Part shown: positions 27,302 to 34,506 of the stretch, in pieces | Position numbering within the stretch: position 1 is the stretch's first letter | Layout: every line of letters begins with the position of its first letter | Source: a virus | Taxonomy: Duplodnaviria; Caudoviricetes | Virus record (IMG/VR): IMGVR_UViG_3300025018_000003 | Coordinates: 26,707-90,706 of that record | Strand: one strand, 5' to 3' | DNA length: 64,000 nucleotides | The notes under the pieces: generated by a model | The model's input: the letters and a program-made list of their open reading frames with translations, nothing else | The model's database searches: none | Told to the model about the DNA's origin: nothing | Position numbers and translations under genes: made by a program

Positions 27302-27467
27302 TGGACTTCTCCGTCGCCTTCTGGCGACGATGAGCCTTGTAGCACGAAGCCCTGCAGTACTTCTGATCCGGGTTTGGGCCGAGTCTGAAGCGCTGACCAC
27401 AGGCAGGGTTCTCACACCTACGATACCTCTCCTGCTTGAGGAGCCGCCGGTATTCTCGTTCATTCAT
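27294..27467 (-). CDS. 57-aa zinc-finger peptide (CENPAC...YCRASC)
   Basis: Read by hand. C-x4-C...C-x3-C pattern, basic. Confidence 0.65.
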   Translation of the reverse strand: MNEREYRRLLKQERYRRCENPACGQRFRLGPNPDQKYCRASCYKAHRRQKATEKSNG

Positions 27468-27534
27468 GAGCAACCTGGCTAGGTGACATCCCGCAATGGG
27501 CTGTCTAGTCCTGGTGCTCAGACTGTTGAGATTC

Positions 27535-27993
27535 CTATACGGTTCCTCTCACAGTGATGTTGATCTCGATGGCTGTGTCAGGCCCCAGTTTCTCACGAAT
27601 CTGGGCGATGGCATCTGCCACCTGAGCCTGTGCATCAGCCACGGGATCAATCTCGATGTCGGCACCCTCATCCACGTCAGTGGGGGTAGCCACTGGAGGG
27701 AGACCATGGTCAACCTCCATCTGGGCAGTCCTCGGATTCTTGATCCGGTTTCTGTCCTTGATGATCTTGCGGACGCGCCTGACGAGGTTCCAGGGCCCTT
27801 CAGGGATTGACCCTTCCTCGATGTCGCTGGTCATGATGTCGAACTCCAGCAACGTCATGTTGTACCTGGTGTTCTTGTCATCAAAAACGAGGAAGAAGAA
27901 CGCGTCATCATACGTCAGTCTTCCATAGTGCAGGGTCTCCGGTTCTTTCCGGATGACGTCCAGCACCTTGTAGTATCGTCGACCTCTTGCCAT
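27535..27993 (-). CDS. Hypothetical protein
   Basis: ORF. Confidence 0.7.
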   Translation of the reverse strand: MARGRRYYKVLDVIRKEPETLHYGRLTYDDAFFFLVFDDKNTRYNMTLLEFDIMTSDIEEGSIPEGPWNLVRRVRKIIKDRNRIKNPRTAQMEVDHGLPPVATPTDVDEGADIEIDPVADAQAQVADAIAQIREKLGPDTAIEINITVRGTV

Positions 27994-28071
27994 GTTTGAT
28001 GCTCGGATGAAGGAAAGTAGGGAGCGGCCTCAGTGATCGAGGAGCTTGACCTCCCATCTCTCCAGGGTGGA

Positions 28072-28356
28072 TCAGACCTTGCGTCTGCTGAAGAACTTCT
28101 CCTTCATACGAGTGAAGAAGCCCTTCTTCTGTTCAGTTCGCGCAGTGGTGCGCGGGGTGGCCGTCTTCTGCGCCGTCAGGTCCCGGATGAAATCCTGAAT
28201 CTTCGAAAACGTGCCAGCCTGCTCCTTCTTCCGTCGGTTGGCCAGAGTCCTGAGCTGCTTCATGGTGAAGTGCGGGCGCTTGGTCTTCTTCGGGAAGTAA
28301 TCGGAGTAGTCGGTGTACCCTCCGCCAAGGCGGATGGTGCGGTGCTGTCTTGACAT
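28072..28356 (-). CDS. Highly basic hypothetical protein
   Basis: accacc-ATG leader; Lys/Arg-rich. Confidence 0.65.
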   Translation of the reverse strand: MSRQHRTIRLGGGYTDYSDYFPKKTKRPHFTMKQLRTLANRRKKEQAGTFSKIQDFIRDLTAQKTATPRTTARTEQKKGFFTRMKEKFFSRRKV

Positions 28357-28560
28357 GGTGGTGCCCGGTTGGGTTGTGAAATGGATGAGGGGCTGGTCAA
28401 GCCCCTCGGTTGAGATTCACGTTAGCGGATCAGTTGACCAGACTGCCGACGTGTCTAATGCCAGTCTCAAGGCATACTCTAGTCATCGAGCAGATGCCAC
28501 GTTGATTGGGCCAACAGTGGAAGCCCCTCGGACCAGGTATACTCTGGTTACCCGAGCAAG

Positions 28561-28666
28561 GCGCGATGGCAGGGGTCGAACCTGCACACTGAGGTGAGCA
28601 AAACACGGAAACTCTGCCTCACAAGGGTATATGAGCCCAAGGCCCTACCATTAGGCTACACCGCGC
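28561..28666 (-). tRNA. tRNA-like gene, CAT anticodon, with a roughly 34-nt insertion 3' of the anticodon and a G-1:C73 pair
   Basis: Acceptor (G)CGCGGTG / CATCGCG(C); D arm GCCT/GGGC; T arm GCAGG-TTCGACC-CCTGC; TTGGG-CTCATA followed by extra sequence. Confidence 0.65.
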
Positions 28667-28695
28667 ACCCTCTGCCCATAAACAGGGCAGGGAAG

Positions 28696-28767
28696 CAGCA
28701 ACGGGTGGACTTGAACCACCAACCTCCCCCTTACCATGGGGGGCTCTACCAGTTGAGCTACGTTGCT
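28696..28767 (-). tRNA. tRNA-Thr(GGT), no encoded CCA
   Basis: Cloverleaf AGCAACG/CGTTGCT; anticodon arm CCCCC-ATGGTAA-GGGGG; appears one nucleotide short at position 26. Confidence 0.85.
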
Positions 28768-28822
28768 TCCACACTGTATTCAGTTGAGGTACCCCAGTGA
28801 TATCCTGATAAGGACGGGACCT

Positions 28823-28899
28823 TGGTAGCGGCGGTGGGATTCGAACCCACGACCTCCAGGTTATGAGCCTGGCGAGCTGGACCTCTGCTCTACGCCGCA
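28823..28899 (-). tRNA. tRNA-Met(CAT), initiator-like, CCA encoded
   Basis: Full cloverleaf; 1:72 U:U mismatch; CCAGG-CTCATAA-CCTGG; ends ACCA. Confidence 0.92.
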
Positions 28900-28905
28900 G
28901 TGTTG

Positions 28906-28984
28906 TTGTGGTGGGAGGAATCGAACCTCCGGCCTCCGTTATGTGCATGGAGAACGGCGCTCTGCCTTGCTGAGCTACACCACA
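28906..28984 (-). tRNA. tRNA-like gene with a 12-nt anticodon loop (identity ambiguous)
   Basis: Perfect acceptor TGTGGTG/CACCACA, D and T arms; anticodon stem CCGTT/AACGG closes CTCCATGCACAT. Confidence 0.75.
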
Positions 28985-29051
28985 GGGAAACCGGTTTTGA
29001 ACAGGACCGGAAACTGTCGCGGGGGGCTGCCAGAGCAGGTGCTCCCAAAGA

Positions 29052-29315
29052 TCACTCACCACGCTTGCGAAGCGGGTGGTCCCAAGGCAGTTCTTCAGGG
29101 AGCATGTCCCATCCGTAGACTGCGGTCTCCAAGGTCTTGATGCCGACACCCTGGCGAGGACGGTTGGTAGTGTAGATCCTCCACTCCATCGAGATGAAGG
29201 AGAGAAATCCGATGTGGTAGTGTCCTTCCACGTCGAGGATGACGAGGTCAGGGGACACGGTGGGATTGCCCGCCAGTTGAGGCGGGAGGGACGAGGATGC
29301 GCGGTTGATGTACAT
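29052..29315 (-). CDS. Hypothetical protein
   Basis: ORF in the early cluster. Confidence 0.55.
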   Translation of the reverse strand: MYINRASSSLPPQLAGNPTVSPDLVILDVEGHYHIGFLSFISMEWRIYTTNRPRQGVGIKTLETAVYGWDMLPEELPWDHPLRKRGE

Positions 29316-29317
29316 GG

Positions 29318-29581
29318 TCAGTTGACGGCTGTGTGGTGGTAGAGAACACCGCAGATGTTGTTGCAGACGTGGTCTGTTTCGTAGCCATTGAGGTCTTCGA
29401 AGCAGATCGGCTTCAGTATCTGGGTGTCAGGGTGATCGTGTGTCTCGATGAGACAGAGACGACAGGGAAAGGTGATGTGGTTCACGAAGTAGTCGTACTG
29501 CTTGATGGCAGATTCGATGGTATCGTGGACCGTGTTGAACCGGTGGAGAGGAGACTCCGAGGCGCAGACGATGATGATCAT
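29318..29581 (-). CDS. Hypothetical Cys/His-rich protein
   Basis: ORF in the early cluster. Confidence 0.6.
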   Translation of the reverse strand: MIIIVCASESPLHRFNTVHDTIESAIKQYDYFVNHITFPCRLCLIETHDHPDTQILKPICFEDLNGYETDHVCNNICGVLYHHTAVN

Positions 29582-29587
29582 GGTAAG

Positions 29588-29776
29588 CTACCTGTTGTAG
29601 GCCCAACGGTTGAAGAGGAAGAGGATGAGGCCAGCAGTCAGCATGGCCCAGCCTCCGTACCAGCGAGCGTAGTCGTGGATGGGAGCGGAGATGATCATGT
29701 CCAGCACCATGGAGGCTCCGAGGAGGATGGCAGCGACGGACAGGATCGAGAGCGTGGTGAAGGTCAGTGTCTGCAT
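29588..29776 (-). CDS. Small two-TM membrane protein (MQTLTF...)
   Basis: accaccacc-ATG leader; two hydrophobic segments. Confidence 0.65.
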   Translation of the reverse strand: MQTLTFTTLSILSVAAILLGASMVLDMIISAPIHDYARWYGGWAMLTAGLILFLFNRWAYNR

Positions 29777-29816
29777 GGTGGTGGTTGACAGTGGCTGCAC
29801 CCTGGAGATCAAGGTG

Positions 29817-29909
29817 TCACCAAGCAGCAAGCTCGGTGAGGAATGCTTGCAGTGCCCCCCGTGTAGGGAAGCAGTGGCAGATGCCGTTGACTACGATGGT
29901 GTACGTCAT
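29817..29909 (-). CDS. 30-aa peptide MTYTIVVNGICHCFPTRGALQAFLTELAAW
   Basis: Read by hand; cacc-ATG leader. Confidence 0.5.
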   Translation of the reverse strand: MTYTIVVNGICHCFPTRGALQAFLTELAAW

Positions 29910-30035
29910 GGTGACAAGTCCTCGTGTCAATTGAGAGAGTCGAAGGTCCCTCTCAGGATACCCTGTTGTCATGATCGTCCTCGTTGTTGGTAGGATGATC
30001 TCAGGGTGCAGCCAGTTGTCAGTTGTGCCCTATCA

Positions 30036-30185
30036 CTAGGGTGTGGTGGTGGATGGTGAACGGAGGTCTGTGTAGGCAGAGAGGAAGAGGATGCTGGTGA
30101 TCAGCAGCCAGAGGAATGGGTCGTAGAAGAAGATGAACCACGAGCCCCAGATAGTGCCGACAAGGAGGTATGCGAGTGCTTTCAT
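30036..30185 (-). CDS. 49-aa membrane peptide MKALAYLLVGTIWGSWFIFFYDPFLWLLIT...
   Basis: Read by hand; accacc-ATG leader; hydrophobic. Confidence 0.6.
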   Translation of the reverse strand: MKALAYLLVGTIWGSWFIFFYDPFLWLLITSILFLSAYTDLRSPSTTTP

Positions 30186-30385
30186 GGTGGTACTCCAGTG
30201 AGACAGTGGGATAGATCAGTGTACTAGCTGTTCAATCCGTCGGTGCAGAGTGAGTCAGCAGTTTGGAGGATGGAGGAGGAGGAGGACCACAGTCACGTAC
30301 TTACGAGCACACTTGTGACCCAACTTGTTAGCCTAGTTGATAGTCAACTTAGCATAACATTTGAGCCATCAGTTGAGCCCACTCA

Positions 30386-30473
30386 AACTGAAGGCCTCGG
30401 GGACCATTCGTTTCCGACTTCCGCGGGTCTGTGGTGGCCATCTCCACAGGCGGGTTTACCGAGACCTTCAGTT
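30386..30473 (-). ncRNA. Candidate 88-nt three-way-junction RNA
   Basis: 15-bp closing stem, internal CTGTGG/CCACAG hairpin and TCG-GAAA-CGA hairpin. Confidence 0.5.
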
Positions 30474-30486
30474 GAGGAGAGACTTA

Positions 30487-30506
30487 GAGGCCCCCGAAGG
30501 GGCCTC
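30487..30506 (-). terminator. UUCG hairpin after the first early gene
   Basis: GAGGCCCC-TTCG-GGGGCCTC on the minus strand; weak U tract. Confidence 0.55.
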
Positions 30507-30512
30507 AGAGGC

Positions 30513-31052
30513 TCAGGCAGTCGCAACCTGCCGCTCCTCGATGAACGGAGAATCCGTATCATCGTGAGCGAGCATGGTGGCGACGTCCGCCTGGCGCTGG
30601 TCTACGTCCTGGATCGCAGGATCAAGGACGAAGACATTGCGCCCGAAGGTGGCGAATCCCTCGAAGAGGATTTCGTTACCTTCGCTGGTGACGAGGCGAT
30701 GGCGGTTCTCGAAGTTGTCGAGAAACGCTTGCGCTTCGTCGCCAGACAGGGCCCGGTAGCGGGCCAGCTGCCCCTCGGACATCACGCTCTGCGGGATGCA
30801 TCCGAGGTGGCGCTGGACAGCACCGCCCTGGATCGCGTCTGCGATCTTCGCATCGTCCCATTCAGCAGGGACTGCGACGAAGCAGTAGCGCTCCGACGTA
30901 AACTCACGCTGTCCCTTGACGAAGGGACTGCGCGAGTAGTCGTACGAAGTGACCACGCTCTGCTTGACATGAGCGCTCTTGGTGCTCGGGTCAAACTGAT
31001 CGGGGTACACGTTCACGAGTTCCACCTTGGAACGAGAGATCGACTTTGCCAT
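30513..31052 (-). CDS. Hypothetical protein, first gene of the leftward block (MAKSISR...)
   Basis: ORF with coding-like composition. Confidence 0.75.
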   Translation of the reverse strand: MAKSISRSKVELVNVYPDQFDPSTKSAHVKQSVVTSYDYSRSPFVKGQREFTSERYCFVAVPAEWDDAKIADAIQGGAVQRHLGCIPQSVMSEGQLARYRALSGDEAQAFLDNFENRHRLVTSEGNEILFEGFATFGRNVFVLDPAIQDVDQRQADVATMLAHDDTDSPFIEERQVATA

Positions 31053-31355
31053 GGGTAAAGCACCGACGAAGTTGGTGATACAAAACAGGTCCGGGGGCCT
31101 TTGGACCCCGAGACCAAGCGGGGGTCGCTGATCAGGGTCCTTCACGCTCTCGTAAACCTTCTCCAGTAGGGGGGGGGTTGTTCTATCACAACAGGACGAC
31201 GGGGGGTATTTTGAACTAGCCTGCTAGGCCGGGCGCTTACGCAGATGCCTACACTACCATTTCGCACCGGCACTTCACAGGTGAGGATGCAAGGAGGTAT
31301 GGTTGTTGGATGACGTGTTGTTGAAATCCTCTTTTGACGACACGACTGTACAGTA

Positions 31356-31445
31356 ATGTCTATGGCGAGTACACGTCCCCTGTACCTGGCACCACTCATA
31401 ATCACAGTCATCATACTGGTGGTGCTGGCAACAGCTATGGGCTGA
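31356..31445 (+). CDS. 29-aa hydrophobic peptide MSMASTRPLYLAPLIITVIILVVLATAMG
   Basis: Read by hand; a single TM-like stretch in the divergent region. Confidence 0.35.
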   Translation: MSMASTRPLYLAPLIITVIILVVLATAMG

Positions 31446-31482
31446 GCGCAGGATTTTCGGCCTCTGCGCACTGATTTCAGGG

Positions 31483-31523
31483 TTTGTTGAGAAATCCTCA
31501 ACAGGTTGTATCTTGTTGGCACA
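31483..31523 (+). promoter_or_regulatory. Bipartite palindromic motif, copy 1 (candidate late promoter/operator)
   Basis: TTTGTTGAGAAATCCTCAACA-n10-TGTTGGCACA; near-identical copy at 41141. Confidence 0.6.
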
Positions 31524-31573
31524 CGATGTGCTCTAGGAGCAGTCGAGTGTCACTCAACCAACCCTGAACGACC

Positions 31574-31879
31574 ATGGACATCCTGTCCTATTTCTCGAAT
31601 CCGTTCGCCCTGGTCCCTCTCGTGATGATCGTGGGCGGCTTCATCAACACCAAGATCGGACTGAAGGGGACTGCTGCACAGGCAGTGATCGCCGCGTCCG
31701 CTCTGGCACTGGCTTTCCTCGGCAACTGGCTCGAACTCGGGTTCTTCGGGACCCAGGATCTGCTCTGGACCGGGATCTACGGAGTTGCGGCGGCTCTGTC
31801 CAGCATGGGGATCGCGTCCAACGACTTCATCAAGATGATCCTGGAGCTGGTCAAGCTCAAGGTGCCGAAGAAGAACTGA
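31574..31879 (+). CDS. Three-TM membrane protein (holin-like)
   Basis: Three hydrophobic segments and a basic C-terminus. Confidence 0.6.
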   Translation: MDILSYFSNPFALVPLVMIVGGFINTKIGLKGTAAQAVIAASALALAFLGNWLELGFFGTQDLLWTGIYGVAAALSSMGIASNDFIKMILELVKLKVPKKN

Positions 31880-31963
31880 CGGGAGAGAGGGGTGGGGTGG
31901 CCTGATACCCCAATGAGGCCGCCCCGCCCTCCTTCCTGCACCTGCACACACAGAGAGAAAGAG

Positions 31964-32686
31964 ATGACTGGATGCATGCACCCCATCAGTCGTCCCGATT
32001 TTACCGCTGAAGCGGGACAAAGTGACTTTCAGAGAGACGTTCAACGCGTCGAGAAGTCTCTGAACGAGCGGATTGCCGCTGCGGCAGTAAAAAGGGATGT
32101 GGAAGAGGAGGGACTGGAACAGGCTGTTCAGCAGATCCTGCGTGGAGACTGGGACAAGATGGATCCCTGGACACGGAACGACAAGATCTTCCTGCTGATT
32201 CGGGCCGCCAACCGTCTCAGCCGTACGGATTTGATCAGTGCTCTGGCCGAGTACCACGAAAAGGTCTGGCACCAACCGGCAGTTTGCAGCGATCCCAGCA
32301 GGCAATCTGCAGCCTACCACAAGTACCGGCCCGGGAAGGCCAACCCCCCTGAACTGCAGAGGGAGATGGCCATCGCCGCAGGTACGGGATGGAAGGACGA
32401 TCAGGAGAAGTTTCCCTGGCACATGATGCCGATGGAGTTCCTGGACTGGGTCTCCCAGATCTACCACCACGGAGCACTGAAGTACGCCTGGGACAACTGG
32501 AAGAACCTCGACTCCGACCGGATGGCGGATGCTGCCTTCCGACATGTGAAGCACCACATTGAGGAGCGTCAGAGGGGGACCCAACTTCCCAAGGACAAGG
32601 ATTCCGGTTTCGACTCACTCGCCCACGCCGCCTGCGGATCCCTGATGGCGCTGTGGCTGGCCCATAAGGAGGGAAACGATGACTAG
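31964..32686 (+). CDS. dATP/dGTP diphosphohydrolase-domain (DUF5664-like) protein with N-terminal extension
   Basis: K.D.EK..W.MMP, GA.KY..DNW, DAAFRH and D.DSG...LAHAAC motifs. Confidence 0.8.
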   Translation: MTGCMHPISRPDFTAEAGQSDFQRDVQRVEKSLNERIAAAAVKRDVEEEGLEQAVQQILRGDWDKMDPWTRNDKIFLLIRAANRLSRTDLISALAEYHEKVWHQPAVCSDPSRQSAAYHKYRPGKANPPELQREMAIAAGTGWKDDQEKFPWHMMPMEFLDWVSQIYHHGALKYAWDNWKNLDSDRMADAAFRHVKHHIEERQRGTQLPKDKDSGFDSLAHAACGSLMALWLAHKEGNDD

Positions 32687-32963
32687 CTGCAAGTCCTACC
32701 CCGAATACAAGGGTATCCGTCCTCCGACCTGCGGGTGCGATGCCTGCTGGGAGCGGTACAACGCCAGGCACCTGGTCCCCGGAACAATGGTCCAGACCAT
32801 CAAGGGAGACCGGTTCGACAAGAACGCCAGGTCGAGGAAGATGGAGTTCGTCGGACTGGGGGGCCAGTGGAGAGAGTTCCAGCAGGCCAAGGTCCGGATC
32901 CGTCTCTACAGACGTGAACGTCTGGCCACATTCCTTCTGAAGAATCTGAGAGAAGCGGCATGA
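32679..32963 (+). CDS. Hypothetical protein with CGCDAC motif
   Basis: Overlap-coupled ORF. Confidence 0.65.
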   Translation: MTSCKSYPEYKGIRPPTCGCDACWERYNARHLVPGTMVQTIKGDRFDKNARSRKMEFVGLGGQWREFQQAKVRIRLYRRERLATFLLKNLREAA

Positions 32964-33133
32964 GAACCATCCATCAGCGCTACGAGGACGGGCCCCGCCC
33001 CGGGCCTCCGCCCAACCAGATCCGTCCTTACCTGCTCTTTGCATGGCAGCTGGTGAAAAAGGTGGCCACGTTTCTGGCCATCCTGATCGTCGTCACCTGG
33101 GCCATGCTCTCCATCATCGAGGTGCTCAAGTGA
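32960..33133 (+). CDS. 57-aa membrane peptide (MRTIHQR...)
   Basis: Read by hand; ATGA and GTGA overlaps at the two ends. Confidence 0.6.
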   Translation: MRTIHQRYEDGPRPGPPPNQIRPYLLFAWQLVKKVATFLAILIVVTWAMLSIIEVLK

Positions 33134-33399
33134 AAGAGGTTGTGAAGGTCTACGCTGTCCTGGCTTACATAGCGTGGGACAAGGTGGAGGTCGACGGGAA
33201 GAAGCTGATCCCTACCGGGCTGGGGGTTGGCTTCCTGCCGATCTTCGATTCAGAGGAAGTGGCCCGGAAGAAGTATCCCAACCACGAAGTCATCTCCATC
33301 GAGATGGAGGTGGAGGTCAAGAAGGATGATGTTGAAGTTCATGGACGGGCCGTACAAGGGGACGACGATGTCTGCCCCTATGGCTCCTTCGACCTATAA
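33130..33399 (+). CDS. Hypothetical protein (GTG start, VKEVVKVY...)
   Basis: GTGA overlap with the upstream stop. Confidence 0.6.
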   Translation: MKEVVKVYAVLAYIAWDKVEVDGKKLIPTGLGVGFLPIFDSEEVARKKYPNHEVISIEMEVEVKKDDVEVHGRAVQGDDDVCPYGSFDL

Positions 33400-33553
33400 C
33401 ATGATCGGCACCCTCAACAGGGAGCGGGTCAGACTCACCTACGAACGCACCACGATCCACGGCGATGAAGCAGAATACGAACTCTCAGAAGGTAGTCGGC
33501 GAGGCACGCATCCCGTTGGAGGAGTGGCTCCGGATGAGGAACGCGCAGGCTGA
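33326..33553 (+). CDS. Hypothetical protein (MMLKFMDGP...)
   Basis: Phage-like .F.DGP..G N-terminus; overlaps both neighbours. Confidence 0.5.
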   Translation: MMLKFMDGPYKGTTMSAPMAPSTYNMIGTLNRERVRLTYERTTIHGDEAEYELSEGSRRGTHPVGGVAPDEERAG

Positions 33554-33755
33554 CGCCCAGGAGTACAAGGAGAAGACCGAGATCGCCCTGAAGCACGTTC
33601 AGACCCTGCTCAGCTATCTTCTCCGCAGCGATGAGGAAGTCGGGCGCAAGTTGGTGCAGGCCATCCAGACGTTCAACAACCAGTCCCACGCCGCGGTCTT
33701 CAGGGTCGAGGAAGGGAAGGTGTACGTAGAACTGAAGGAAGATGAGCCGTCCTAA
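33465..33755 (+). CDS. Hypothetical protein
   Basis: ORF. Confidence 0.6.
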   Translation: MKQNTNSQKVVGEARIPLEEWLRMRNAQADAQEYKEKTEIALKHVQTLLSYLLRSDEEVGRKLVQAIQTFNNQSHAAVFRVEEGKVYVELKEDEPS

Positions 33756-33796
33756 GAAGATCCCACGACAGCACGAACACACGTACAGGCGCAGAA

Positions 33797-34150
33797 ATGG
33801 CCACCAACATCAAAAGGAAGATCCTGAAGGTCCCGGCCAAGACCATCCTTCAGTATCTGCAGCTGTTCAACGGGCTGTTCGAGCTGACCACCAAGGAGCT
33901 GGAGGTACTTGCCGCTTTTGTGACGCTCCACCTGCACTTGAAGAAGACTGGTGTACTGGCGAATGCCTTCAGCTCGGACATGAAGAAGAAGGTCGGGGAG
34001 ACCCTCGGCTTCGACAACTGGAACCACCTGAACGTCTACATCAAACAGCTCCGCGACAAGAGGGCTATCCGGAAGATTCCAGGCGGCTATGAGATCCACC
34101 CTTTCCTGATCCCACAAGGGGAGAAGGAGATCATCTTCAGACTGACGTGA
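33797..34150 (+). CDS. Winged-helix-like DNA-binding protein
   Basis: LTTKELEVL...LNVYIKQLRDKRAI...YEIHP pattern. Confidence 0.6.
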   Translation: MATNIKRKILKVPAKTILQYLQLFNGLFELTTKELEVLAAFVTLHLHLKKTGVLANAFSSDMKKKVGETLGFDNWNHLNVYIKQLRDKRAIRKIPGGYEIHPFLIPQGEKEIIFRLT

Positions 34151-34506
34151 AAAAGAACCTGCAACCCATCCTGTTCCTGACCATCGCCATCCTGGTCCTG
34201 GTCAGCCTTCTGGCAGCCCGTCCTGCAGATGATTCCGTCCTGGTGGCCCAGATCAAATACGAGGACTCGCTCGGTGGTCCGATCTTCAAGACGACGACGG
34301 CCAAGGTGGCTGTCGAGAGACTGAACGACGGCACCTTCATGGTGCTCTGGCCCGTGGAGCCCGGCCCCAACGGTGCCCGGGTGGCCATGCTGCGTGTGGA
34401 AGGTGTCTGGAGTACCCTGATGTCGGTCCAACACACCGTTCTGTATGGAGACCCGTCGGTCTTCTACAAGGGCGTCCCACTCAACGAACTCCCCACATAC
34501 GAATGA
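34147..34506 (+). CDS. Exported/membrane-anchored protein
   Basis: Signal-peptide-like N-terminus. Confidence 0.65.
   Translation: MKKNLQPILFLTIAILVLVSLLAARPADDSVLVAQIKYEDSLGGPIFKTTTAKVAVERLNDGTFMVLWPVEPGPNGARVAMLRVEGVWSTLMSVQHTVLYGDPSVFYKGVPLNELPTYE

Noticed and set aside
28696-28767. tRNA-Thr apparently one nucleotide short at position 26
   Set aside because: It falls in a C6 homopolymer, so it may be an assembly slip or a tolerated variant; not treated as a finding.
31142-31522. 126-aa minus-strand ORF in the divergent region
   Set aside because: Atypical composition, and it overlaps the putative late motif; probably non-coding.
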